A DNA stretch of 17,604 bases from a candidate division WOR-3 bacterium (GTDB taxonomy: Bacteria > Hydrothermota > Tepidihabitantia > Tepidihabitantales > Tepidihabitantaceae), in contig CBFGJV010000033.1 in assembly GCA_965649205.1 (NCBI GenBank), forward strand, positions 1 through 17,604, written 5' to 3'. Shown here in pieces: positions 1 through 8,749 of the stretch. The notes below the pieces were generated by a model that saw only the letters and a list, made by a program, of their open reading frames with translations, made no database searches and had not been told where the DNA came from. A program made the translations under genes and the position numbers. The first letter of the stretch is position 1. Every line of letters starts with the position of its first letter.

Positions 1-980
1 ACAAAGTGGCGCAGGCGCTTGAGCAGCAGCAGTACCGGCTCAGCCGGTTTCTTGTCCTGTATCTGCTGTTTGGTACGGGTATCGGCCGAAAGCCTGCGCC
101 GCAGTTCGGGATCAGGTATCTTCTCGAGCAGCGCCGGTAACTTGTCGAGTAGAATTTTGTCCTGGTCAGGCTTGCGCGCATTCTCTTTGCCGCGATAGGA
201 GATTATCTCCTGCTCAGTTGGCGGCCGGTACTCAAACCCGATGCGGCATTCGTGCTTGCCTGGGTCGCACTCAATTCTGTCAGGCCGGGGGAAAAAGAAA
301 CGGTCTTCGCCTTTGACGTTGTCCTTTGGCACCGAAGCTTCGACCAGCACAAACCGCACGCGCCATTCGGTCTTGTCGGCAAGGTCGCCGGGCAGGGTGA
401 AGGTGTAGTCCTTGAGCGTCTTCGCAGTCTTGACGAAATGCTGGTCTTTGTTTGCCCAGTAGAACATCGTTTCTGAGCCGTCCCAGGGCACCGCGTAGGT
501 TTCCCGGGCGCCATAGCGGCGCTTGGGGATGAAGTCGCCGTCCTCGTAGTATCGGCTGAAGAAGTTGTAGAGGTGGTTGAAAACCTCGGCCTTGTCGGCA
601 ACGGTTGACTCGGCTGTGGCCAGCTTGTTGCGCAGGTTTTCGTATTCAGCCACCTTCTCGCGGTCCTTCTTGCCCAGCCCCTTGGCCCGCTCGGAGTTGA
701 CTGTGCCATCGGACTTCAGAATCTGCTCGTTGACCTCGGTATGCAAATAGGCAGCCAGCTCATCAACCTTCTGTTTCAGTGTCCCCGTCTCGCTGTCGGC
801 TATGGTGGCAAACGCCTTGTCAACTTCTTCGGGCAACTACCTGGTGATGAATGCCTCAACTCCGTCCCGCTTCAGCCGCAGCAGACGATACAGGCCGAAG
901 TCCAAATCAGAATATTCAACCCGTAGCAATTCTCGAATTAGTCCCTGAAATCGCTCCAGTGGTGTTTCAGTTTGTGGCAT
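1..980 (-). pseudogene. Large site-specific DNA methyltransferase (type III R-M Mod-like), N-terminal part, with in-frame TAG at codon 48; runs off the left edge
   Basis: Manual translation from ATG at 980 (SD GGAGGTGA upstream): MPQTETPLERFQGLIRELLRVEYSDLDFGLYRLLRLKRDGVEAFITR*LPEEV...FNHLYNFFSRYYEDGDFIPKRRY...YAVPWDGSETMFYWANKDQHFVKT...LKRLRHF. The DLDFG.YR, FFSRYY..GDFI..RRY and WANKDQ motifs are typical of the N-terminus of large Mod-type MTases. The only stop in the frame is TAG at 837-839. Catalytic motifs would lie outside the window. Confidence 0.8.
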
Positions 981-994
981 TCTACTCACCTCCT

Positions 995-1034
995 CTGTGA
1001 ACGGTGTTAACAGAAGCGCACTGTAAACGATGTT
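995..1034. repeat. Imperfect 14-bp direct repeat upstream of mod
   Basis: CTGTGAACGGTGTT (995-1008) and CTGTAAACGATGTT (1021-1034), 12/14 identical, period 26. Confidence 0.45.
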
Positions 1035-1296
1035 TTATCTGGCGCTGATACTGGAAGCACGGTCAAGTGCAAATTGGTCTAGTGTGCGCAGCAAGCAGGT
1101 TCTTTTCCGGCCCGGCCTTAGGCTATTTATCACTCACTATTCTCTTGTCATTTCTGTCAAGCCGATAGCCAGCGCAGCTGGGCCAGCCAAAACACATCGT
1201 AATTCTTCGCAACGCAACGCAGTCTTTCAGGACGAAGGCTGCCGATTTTGCGGTCGCTCTGAGGTGGTTGTCGTATACTGGGCCAGAGCTGATTGC

Positions 1297-1324
1297 TTGA
1301 CGGTTACAGAGAAAGTAATAAGAT
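1297..1324 (+). promoter_or_regulatory. Sigma70-type promoter of the GT4 gene (probably leaderless)
   Basis: TTGACG(1297-1302)-N16-TAAGAT(1319-1324); ATG at 1332 follows after 7 nt with no SD. Confidence 0.65.
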
Positions 1325-1331
1325 AGCCGCA

Positions 1332-2474
1332 ATGCGGATGCTGGTGTTGAACTGGAGATGTATTCGCAATCCGCTTGCCGGAGGAGCGGAGATATACTTT
1401 CAGGAAGTTTTCAGCCGGCTGGTGCGCCGGGGACATGAGGTAACCCTTCTGGCAGAGAGGTTTTCCGGTTCGCAGGCAGAAGAGGTAATCGGGGGAATCA
1501 TGGTTCTCCGAATGGGCGGAAAGTGGACTTTTAACTTTGCCGCCAGCCGCCAGGTGGGCCGCATAGCCGAGGAGGGGAATTATGATTTGGTCATAGACGA
1601 TCTGAATAAAATTCCGTTCTATTCTCCTTGGCGTACCCAGAAGCCGGTTCTGGCTATTCTGATGCATCTGTTCCGCGGGAGCATATTCCGCGAAGCACTG
1701 CCGCCGGTAGCAGCATACGTGTGGTTGACAGAGAGCCTGATTCCCTGGGCCTACAGGAAGTGCCGGTTTGCGGTGCTGTCAGAAAGTTCCAAACGGGATG
1801 TGGTGCGGCTGGGGATACCGGCGGAGCAGATTACAGTTATTCCACCGGGCACCGATTTTGAACGGTTCAGGCCGGAGCACCAGGATGGTGAGATAAAGAA
1901 ACCGGCTACAGAGCCGCCTGTCATTCTGCATGTGGGCCGGTTGAAGAAGTATAAGTCCACCGACCATCTTCTGCGCGCTATGGCGTTGCTCAAGGCCAGA
2001 GGTGTGCAGGCACGGGCAGTAATCGTCGGTACGGGTGATGACCTGCCGCGGCTGCGGGTTCTGGCGGAAAAGTTGCAGCTGGGCGAGGCAGTGGAGTTTA
2101 CGGGTTTTGTTTCCGAGGAAGAGAAGGTGCGGTGGTATCACCGGGCGGCGGTGCTGGCGGAGAATTCGGTGAAGGAGGGATGGGGTTTGATTGTGATGGA
2201 GGCTAATGCCTGCGGCACGCCGGTGGTGGTGGCGCGTTCGCCGGGGCTAGTGGATTCCTCACGCGAAGGGGTGAACGGGTTGTTCTACGAGTACGGGAAT
2301 ATAGCGCAGCTGGCCGAGAAGTTGGAATTGTTGCTTACCAATGAGTCTCTGCGTGCGCAGCTGGGCCGCCAGGCTGTAGACTGGGCCAGGCAATGGACTT
2401 GGGATAAGGCGGCAGAGCAGATGGAGCAGGTTGCCCGTATGGCCGTAGAGGAAGCCCGGCAGTCAGGCCGCTGA
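1332..2474 (+). CDS. Glycosyltransferase family 4 (GT-B, retaining)
   Basis: N-terminus MRMLVLNWR...GGAE; HVGRLKKYK; E-X7-E motif KEGWGLIVMEANACG. Start moved from TTG 1293 to ATG 1332 on family N-terminus and promoter position. Confidence 0.92.
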   Translation: MRMLVLNWRCIRNPLAGGAEIYFQEVFSRLVRRGHEVTLLAERFSGSQAEEVIGGIMVLRMGGKWTFNFAASRQVGRIAEEGNYDLVIDDLNKIPFYSPWRTQKPVLAILMHLFRGSIFREALPPVAAYVWLTESLIPWAYRKCRFAVLSESSKRDVVRLGIPAEQITVIPPGTDFERFRPEHQDGEIKKPATEPPVILHVGRLKKYKSTDHLLRAMALLKARGVQARAVIVGTGDDLPRLRVLAEKLQLGEAVEFTGFVSEEEKVRWYHRAAVLAENSVKEGWGLIVMEANACGTPVVVARSPGLVDSSREGVNGLFYEYGNIAQLAEKLELLLTNESLRAQLGRQAVDWARQWTWDKAAEQMEQVARMAVEEARQSGR

Positions 2475-2497
2475 GTGTCCCTGGTTCGGTTCGCCGC

Positions 2498-5400
2498 CTA
2501 CCTAATTACAACCTTGGCAGTGGTAGTCAGGCCCGGGCTGGTGAGCCGGCACAGGTAAACTCCGGCCCGGACCCGTAGTCCGGCATTGTCGCGCAGGTCC
2601 CAGAGAATCTGATTTCCACCGCTTCTGTCTGAGGACAAGTTTCTTACCAGACGTCCGGCCCGGTCGTAGATTGCCAGTTGGATTCTGGTCTGTGGCTGAG
2701 GAGTGTAGCGTATTTCCACCGGTCGGGAGGACGGGCTGGGCAAGATGTTCAGCCGCAATGCTAGAAGTGACGGGGCTGGTTCTGCCGGTTCTTCCATTCC
2801 TACCGGTATGCCGGCGACATAGTAGAGGGCATTGTGCCATACCCGGGCCCAGTCTCCTCCGCGCTGAGGTGGGTTGTAGTTGATGACCCCGGGGTACTGG
2901 TTGAGGCCGATGACCTTGCGGTTGGCGCTGACGGCGATGTAGGGTTTGCCGTCTGACCAGCGCGCGACCGACTCTGCTCCGGGAGCAAAGCGGGCGTTGG
3001 CGCGGAATAACTCCCGGACCGAATCTACCCGGCTCATCACCGGGTGGCTGCGGTTACGCCAGCCGATTGTGTCGGAAATGGCATAGTTGGTGCCGACATT
3101 GATTGTGGCGTAGTTGCCGGTCATTATGCGGCCGGCCAGGTTGGTCAGCGTGCCGTTGAAGCTGAAGTTGCCGATGACTACGCCGCCGCCTCCGTCCACA
3201 TAAGCGGCGAGAGTGTCGCCCAACGCGGTCTTGTTGTAGTAGGTGGTACGGCTGAATACGCCTACAGCGTCGAAGGGGCGTAGTTCGACGAGGCGGGGAG
3301 TGTAGTTCTGCACATTCATATATTCCAGTGAGTCGCCTAAAGCCTTGAGGCGTACGCCGAGGGTGGAATCAGGCGGCAGTTCGTCGGCGTAGAGGATGAG
3401 GAAACGGGCGGGCGAGTAGGTTTCGGTGCGCACGGCGAGCGTGTCGTTGCGCCGGTTTTCGTCCGGCTGGCAGTTGTGCCACACCGTCACATCGTATACT
3501 GCTCCGACCGGGCCCGGGGTCCAGGATTGAGCGAAGGTGAAGCTGCGGCTGCTCAGTTCCGGCACACTGTCCACCCAGAGGCTGTCAGAGTACAGATTGA
3601 CACCGGAGGAATCGATGCGGCAGTAAGCCCGGAAGTTGCGTTCGGTATAGTCCGTGCTTGCCAGAGTGACAACCGGCCGGGTAGGGAGGAAGGCCTTGGT
3701 TTTGGGGCCGATGCTCAGAGTCGCTACGCTTATGTCATGGCCGCGGGTGATGGTGGTGCTGCGAAGGGTGTCGTTGGCCCGATTGGTGTCGGGAATGTAG
3801 GAGTGCCAGAAGGTGAGGTCGTATCTCTGACTACCGCCGGGACCGGTGAGCCAGCCGGGAAATGTGATGGTGTCTGTGCGGGCGCTGTCCAAAAGAGGCA
3901 GGGTCACGGTGCGGTCATACACACTGACGCCGAGAGAATCTATGCGGCAGTGAAGCGTCACATTAGGTTCGCGGAATGTGCCCAGGTTGCGTACGGTTAC
4001 TTGTGGTGCTACGAGGGTCTGCTGAGGCACTTTGGCCAGAGGGGACAATACCTTTTCCAGCGCAATGTCGTGGCGCGGGCCGGCGGAAGGGGTGTGGGCC
4101 ACGGCCAGAGAGCAGTTGATGCGTCCGGCGCCAAAGGTGTTGTCCTTGCCGGCTGCACCCAGGTCCTTTACGGCATGACGTTCCAGAATGGAGTCTATTT
4201 CGCGTGGGGTCAACCAGGGATTCTTGGACAGCATCAGAGCGACGCAGCCGGCAACTGCCGGTGTGGCCATGGAGGTGCCGGACATAGTAACGTAGGCTTG
4301 GTCGTTGTTCATGGCTGTGGACAGAATTTGCACGCCGGGCGCAACCACATCCGGGTCGGTGAGTCCGGGCGGATAGCCGTAGTCGTTCCAGGGCGGAATG
4401 TTGCCCCATACTCTTGTCGGTCCCAGAGAAGAAAAGCTGGCAATCTGGTCGAGATTATCAGTTGCGCCCACGGTGATGACTGCAGAAGGGGTGGTGCTGG
4501 TAGGATGATTTGCCGGGTTGGGCCAGGGCGGGGGACAGTTACCCGGTGCCCGGATGCCGCTGCTAGCTTCGTTGCCCGCGGCGACGATGTGGGCAATGCC
4601 GGCAGCCAGAATGTTCTCCTCCATGCGGCGAAAGACCGCATAGCGCGGCTGCCAGGTGCTAATCAGCCCCAGAGAGGTGGTAATTACATCTGCGCCATTC
4701 AGGGTGTCGCGCGGGGGCCGGATGCAGAACTGGAAACCCTGCATCATATTGTTTTCCAGACTGGTATCCGGATAAGGAGAGCGAATGTTCACGTCCACCG
4801 CCACAGCCATAATGAGAGCACCAGGGGCCACGCCCATAGTGTCTCGCATGCCGTTGCCATAGGAACCGTCGGCACTGGCAATGCCGGCACAATGGGTGCC
4901 ATGGCCATTGTAGTCCAATGGCGTCAGAGTGTCGTAAGGCGAAGGGCCGGGCCGGCCGGAGGACCACTGGTAAGAGGCAAAGTTGAAGCCGCAGTTGGGA
5001 TAAGCTTCAGACCGCCAGAGGTGGTTTTTCAGGTCCAGATGGGTGTAACGGACCCCGGTGTCCACGACGCCAATGACGATGCCTGCTCCGGTCGCACCTT
5101 GCGCCCAGGCTCCGCGTGCGTTGATGACGACCAGGTTGGGTTGTACGCTTTCGGTTATATCTCCGGGCACGAGCTGGCTCAGGTCAACCGGAGAGAAATC
5201 AACCGGTATGCGGTCGTAATAAACCAGGTCGACATCCGCGCGGTTGTTCACAGCCAGAATGACGTCTTTTGTGGCACAGAATCCTACAGCGTTGACCAGC
5301 CAGAGAGGACGTATGTCCGTCACGCGGCCAGCCGCCTGCTCTTCTTTTAGAAAGGCAAGCAGGCTTCGCTGATGATTTTCGGCAAAGTCCTGCAGGATTC

Positions 5401-5620
5401 TTCCCACGCGGGCGCGGCGAACCGGTCTGGGAAGTCCTTCTACGAGAGACATCAGCAACTGGCTGTCGAATTGCTCCTGCAGAACGGCCTGTACGGGCAA
5501 GAGAGTGGTTGCGTCCAGGTTTTCCAGCCGCTGTAGCAGGTCTGGATCAATCAGAGCCAGCGCGGAGCTGGATACTACGAACAGGAGAACGAACAAAAAA
5601 AGGACAGGACGGCAGTGCAT
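2498..5620 (-). CDS. Secreted S8 subtilisin-like serine protease with two Ig/CARDB-like repeats and a C-terminal FlgD-Ig/T9SS-type-A-like domain
   Basis: Signal peptide ending SSSALA; catalytic triad motifs VVDTG, HGTHCAG, SGTSMA; oxyanion AAGNE; C-terminal IYDRAGRLVR...WDLRDNAG..V.AGVY...KVVIR; SD AGGAGGT. Confidence 0.93.
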   Translation of the reverse strand: MHCRPVLFLFVLLFVVSSSALALIDPDLLQRLENLDATTLLPVQAVLQEQFDSQLLMSLVEGLPRPVRRARVGRILQDFAENHQRSLLAFLKEEQAAGRVTDIRPLWLVNAVGFCATKDVILAVNNRADVDLVYYDRIPVDFSPVDLSQLVPGDITESVQPNLVVINARGAWAQGATGAGIVIGVVDTGVRYTHLDLKNHLWRSEAYPNCGFNFASYQWSSGRPGPSPYDTLTPLDYNGHGTHCAGIASADGSYGNGMRDTMGVAPGALIMAVAVDVNIRSPYPDTSLENNMMQGFQFCIRPPRDTLNGADVITTSLGLISTWQPRYAVFRRMEENILAAGIAHIVAAGNEASSGIRAPGNCPPPWPNPANHPTSTTPSAVITVGATDNLDQIASFSSLGPTRVWGNIPPWNDYGYPPGLTDPDVVAPGVQILSTAMNNDQAYVTMSGTSMATPAVAGCVALMLSKNPWLTPREIDSILERHAVKDLGAAGKDNTFGAGRINCSLAVAHTPSAGPRHDIALEKVLSPLAKVPQQTLVAPQVTVRNLGTFREPNVTLHCRIDSLGVSVYDRTVTLPLLDSARTDTITFPGWLTGPGGSQRYDLTFWHSYIPDTNRANDTLRSTTITRGHDISVATLSIGPKTKAFLPTRPVVTLASTDYTERNFRAYCRIDSSGVNLYSDSLWVDSVPELSSRSFTFAQSWTPGPVGAVYDVTVWHNCQPDENRRNDTLAVRTETYSPARFLILYADELPPDSTLGVRLKALGDSLEYMNVQNYTPRLVELRPFDAVGVFSRTTYYNKTALGDTLAAYVDGGGGVVIGNFSFNGTLTNLAGRIMTGNYATINVGTNYAISDTIGWRNRSHPVMSRVDSVRELFRANARFAPGAESVARWSDGKPYIAVSANRKVIGLNQYPGVINYNPPQRGGDWARVWHNALYYVAGIPVGMEEPAEPAPSLLALRLNILPSPSSRPVEIRYTPQPQTRIQLAIYDRAGRLVRNLSSDRSGGNQILWDLRDNAGLRVRAGVYLCRLTSPGLTTTAKVVIR
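3420..4072 (-). repeat. Internal tandem domain duplication (about 111 aa period) in the protease
   Basis: HDIAL...CRIDSLGV...TFPGW.TGP...YDLTFWH...PDTNRANDTL (from codon 517) versus HDISV...CRIDSSGV...TFAQSWTPGP...YDVTVWH...PDENRRNDTL (from codon 628). Confidence 0.85.
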
Positions 5621-5680
5621 AAGCTAACCTCCTCTGGTCGCAACTGCTTTTTCTGCTTCCGATTACGCGGATCTGGTACA

Positions 5681-5708
5681 AGTATAGGAGCAGGCGCAGG
5701 GCTGTCAA
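5681..5708 (-). promoter_or_regulatory. Sigma70-type promoter of the protease gene
   Basis: Minus strand TTGACA(5708-5703)-N16-TATACT(5686-5681). Confidence 0.75.
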
Positions 5709-5734
5709 TAAACAGTATCTACAACCTGTATGTA

Positions 5735-6577
5735 TTACTTCCGGACCAGATTCTTTCTGCGGGCCAGGTATTCTTCCAGATCGATGGCGCGTTCCCAGTA
5801 GTAATCGAAGGCTGTGGCAAAGATGCTGGCTACCGCCTTGTCGTTCACCCGGTAAGCCACGTCTTTTTCTTCAGGGTGGAGAGGGCGAAACCAGACTACC
5901 TTGCGGTCAACTATCTCTATGTTCATTGGCACTTCCCTGGTTACCCGCTGTTTTTCTCCCCGCCGGGCGGCCTGCAGTTGCCATTCTACTACTTGAGGGT
6001 CTGCCAGGTAGCTCTCCTGCATCAGGCAGCGGGCCGAGACCCCGCGCTTCAGGGCCTCGTGTTCGGCCCGCTCCAGTTGCCGGACATGCTGCTGGCTGGC
6101 ATGGGGCCACTCGATGCTTGCCTTGGCGAAGAAGAGCAGTTCAGATTCTGCCTGCTGAAAAGCCTGGATCAGGTCCAGAATCCACAGGCTGTCGGCTCCG
6201 GGTCGGGTGCGCAACACGGTAATGAAGGGAGTCGGATGCTGGTTAGAGGAAGGACGGGAGAATTCTTTCAGCAGGTGTTGCACCAGTTTGGCGTGGTTGG
6301 CTACGCGTTCTTTTTCGGCGCGCAGCAGGTCGGAGAGCGCCTCGTCCGGACGCAGCGCTGAGTACACAGTAGTCTGTCCCCGGCTGCCGGTGATGATGCC
6401 TCTCTCTGCCAGGCGGCGCAGGGCGTTGTAAACATGGGGTTCATGCAGTCCGGTGGCTTCGGCCAGCTCTGCAGCCTTGGCTGATTTCAGGCGCAATAGC
6501 GCCCAGTACACCTTGGCTTCGTTCGGAGCAAAGCCGAGTTCCTTTAGGCCGGTCAGGGGATTCAACTGGGCAAGCAT
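5735..6577 (-). CDS. TrmB-family transcriptional regulator (N-terminal wHTH plus C-terminal effector domain)
   Basis: LKELGFAPNEAKVYWALL...AAELAEATGL....VYNALRRLAERGII is the TrmB HTH signature. The true start may be TTG at 6565. Confidence 0.85.
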   Translation of the reverse strand: MLAQLNPLTGLKELGFAPNEAKVYWALLRLKSAKAAELAEATGLHEPHVYNALRRLAERGIITGSRGQTTVYSALRPDEALSDLLRAEKERVANHAKLVQHLLKEFSRPSSNQHPTPFITVLRTRPGADSLWILDLIQAFQQAESELLFFAKASIEWPHASQQHVRQLERAEHEALKRGVSARCLMQESYLADPQVVEWQLQAARRGEKQRVTREVPMNIEIVDRKVVWFRPLHPEEKDVAYRVNDKAVASIFATAFDYYWERAIDLEEYLARRKNLVRK

Positions 6578-6600
6578 AGTTTGCTCTGGCGGTTCGTCAA
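6573..6600 (-). promoter_or_regulatory. Sigma70-type promoter of the trmB-like gene
   Basis: Minus strand TTGACG(6600-6595)-N16-TATGCT(6578-6573); the -10 box overlaps the ORF-track ATG. Confidence 0.6.
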
Positions 6601-6682
6601 GCCGGACGGGAAAGAGTGTTGGACACGGTTATAAGGTAGCGCAGAGCTGCATCCCAGGAGGATGAAGTTCTGCCGCGGCCGC

Positions 6683-6710
6683 TTGACCGCAGATGGTTTT
6701 TGTCTAGTAT
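6683..6710 (+). promoter_or_regulatory. Sigma70-type promoter of the crotonase-thiolase-tsaE unit
   Basis: TTGACC(6683-6688)-N16-TAGTAT(6705-6710); SD AGGAGG at 6740-6745. Confidence 0.65.
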
Positions 6711-6749
6711 GAACTGCGGACGATTCGCTAACTACCAGCAGGAGGAATT

Positions 6750-7538
6750 GTGGAATTCAAGTATCTTCTGGTCAGCAAGTCTGACGGCATCGGCCGGGTC
6801 AAATTCAACCGGCCACCGGTCAACGCCCTCAATACGGAAATGGTACTGGAAATTGAGAAGGCTTTTGCCTGGTTTGCGGCTCGGGATGATGTTCTGGTGG
6901 TGGTGGCAACAGGCGAAGGGAAGGCGTTTGTGGCCGGAGCAGACATAGCCGAGATGTCCGGTTTTACGCCCATGCAGGCGCGCGTCTTTGCCCAGAATGG
7001 ACACCGGGCCCTGACCCAGATTGCGGAGATGGAAAAGCCGGTGATAGCCGCGGTGAACGGCTTTGCCCTGGGAGGGGGGTGCGAGCTGGCGCTGGCCTGC
7101 GACATTCGCATTCTGGCCGAGGGAGTGAAGATAGGACAGCCAGAGGTGAATCTCGGTCTGATTCCCGGTTTTGGCGGCACCCAGCGGCTGGCACGTCTGG
7201 TGGGGCCGGGCGTGGCCAAGGAGCTTATTTTCACCGGCGAGGCGATAGACGCATCCGAGGCGTTGCGGATCGGTCTGGCGAACAAAGTAGTGCCTCCAGA
7301 CAGGCTTATCCCGACGGCAACAGAAATGGCGCAGAAGATAGCGGCGAAGGGACCGGCGGCAGTGAAGCTGGCCAAGTCATGCATCAACCGGGGCCTGAAT
7401 GTGGACCTCGCTACCGGCAACGCCTATGAGATTGAGGCTTTCGGTATGTGTTTTTCTACTGGCGAGCCGGCGGAGGGAACAAAAGCATTTTTGGAGAAAC
7501 GCAAGCCAGACTGGAAAAAAGAAAGGAGCGATAAATGA
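6750..7538 (+). CDS. crt: Enoyl-CoA hydratase / crotonase (Crt-like)
   Basis: AFVAGADI oxyanion motif, GGGCELALACD and GQPEVNLG with both catalytic Glu, PGFGGTQRL; GTG start; ATGA overlap with thiolase. Confidence 0.92.
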   Translation: MEFKYLLVSKSDGIGRVKFNRPPVNALNTEMVLEIEKAFAWFAARDDVLVVVATGEGKAFVAGADIAEMSGFTPMQARVFAQNGHRALTQIAEMEKPVIAAVNGFALGGGCELALACDIRILAEGVKIGQPEVNLGLIPGFGGTQRLARLVGPGVAKELIFTGEAIDASEALRIGLANKVVPPDRLIPTATEMAQKIAAKGPAAVKLAKSCINRGLNVDLATGNAYEIEAFGMCFSTGEPAEGTKAFLEKRKPDWKKERSDK

Positions 7539-8731
7539 CCATAGGTAAAGCAAAGGATACGGTAATACTCAGCGCAGCCCGAACCCCGGTGGGCAGATTT
7601 CTAGGCGGACTGGCCGGTCTGCGCGCACCTGAACTCGGCGCGGTTGCTATCAAGGCCGCAGTGGAACGGGCCGGAGTGAGTCCGACCGAGGTGGACGGCG
7701 TGATTATGGGCAATGTGTGCCCGGCCGGTATCGGTCAGGCTCCAGCCCGGCAGGCGGCGGTGCTGGCAGGTTTGCCGGTGGAAGTGCCGGCCCTGACAGT
7801 AAACAAGGTATGCGGTTCAGGGATGATTTCCATCGGTCTTGCCTGTCAGATGATTAAGGCGCAGGACGCCAAGCTGGTGGTGGCGGGCGGGCAGGAGTCA
7901 ATGTCCAATGTGCCCTATTATCTCAAGACCCTGCGCAACGGAAACAAGATGGGCGATGTGAAGCTGCAGGACGGCATGATCTACGACGGCATCTGGGATT
8001 TCTTTGGCGACCTGCATATGGGCGCGCTGGGTGATTTTACCGCCAAAGAAGCCGGCATCAGCCGGGAGGAGCAGGACCGCTGGGCCGAACGCAGTCACAC
8101 GCGCGCGGTGGCGGCCATCAAGACGGGCAAGTTCAAGGCGGAGATAGTGCCGGTGCCGATTCCCCAGAAAAAGGGAGAGCCGGTGATGTTTGACACGGAC
8201 GAAGGTCCGAGAGCAGATACCACCTACGAGAAGCTGGCCGCACTCAAGCCGGTCTTTACCAAAGACGGCACAGTGACCGCGGGCAACGCTTCCAGCATCA
8301 ACGACGGCGCGGCGGCGGTGGTGGTGGCAAGCGAAAGTTATGCCAAGGCTAAGGGACTGAAGCCTCTGGCGCGTATTGTGGCTTATGCCACCGGCAGCGT
8401 GGAGCCGAAGATGCTCTTTTTTGCTCCCATCAAGGCGGTGCGCACGCTGCTGGAAATTCAGGGCGTGAGCATTGACTACTTTGACCTGATTGAGTTGAAC
8501 GAAGCATTTGCTTCTCAGGTTCTGGCTGACGGCAAGGCGCTGGGCTGGGACTGGGAAAAGGTCAATGTCCACGGCGGCGGCATATCCCTGGGGCATCCTA
8601 TCGGTGCTTCCGGCTGTCGCATAGTGGTTTCGCTGATACATGCGCTCAGAGACAGAGGGCTGTCCAAGGGTCTGGCGGCTATCTGCCTGGGCGGAGGTGA
8701 AGCTACCGCTCTGAGTCTGGAACTGATATAG
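7535..8731 (+). CDS. atoB: Acetyl-CoA C-acetyltransferase (thiolase)
   Basis: NKVCGSG (nucleophile Cys), [13 protein letters not shown] and CLGGG motifs. Confidence 0.95.
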   Translation: MTIGKAKDTVILSAARTPVGRFLGGLAGLRAPELGAVAIKAAVERAGVSPTEVDGVIMGNVCPAGIGQAPARQAAVLAGLPVEVPALTVNKVCGSGMISIGLACQMIKAQDAKLVVAGGQESMSNVPYYLKTLRNGNKMGDVKLQDGMIYDGIWDFFGDLHMGALGDFTAKEAGISREEQDRWAERSHTRAVAAIKTGKFKAEIVPVPIPQKKGEPVMFDTDEGPRADTTYEKLAALKPVFTKDGTVTAGNASSINDGAAAVVVASESYAKAKGLKPLARIVAYATGSVEPKMLFFAPIKAVRTLLEIQGVSIDYFDLIELNEAFASQVLADGKALGWDWEKVNVHGGGISLGHPIGASGCRIVVSLIHALRDRGLSKGLAAICLGGGEATALSLELI

Positions 8732-8749
8732 GCGAAAGGAGCAGGCTTA

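Noticed and set aside
203..709. 168-aa minus-strand ORF from the track
   Set aside because: Alternative frame of the mod gene; the true frame carries the conserved motifs.
1..980. Phase-variable simple repeat in mod
   Set aside because: Only short tracts such as (CTG)3 and C5; the lesion is a point nonsense codon, not slippage.
1030..1332. Short ORFs in the mod-GT4 intergenic region
   Set aside because: No SD or recognisable motifs; they overlap promoter elements.
3476..5350. 624-aa ORF on the + strand
   Set aside because: Antisense shadow of the S8 protease in GC-rich DNA; no recognisable motifs.
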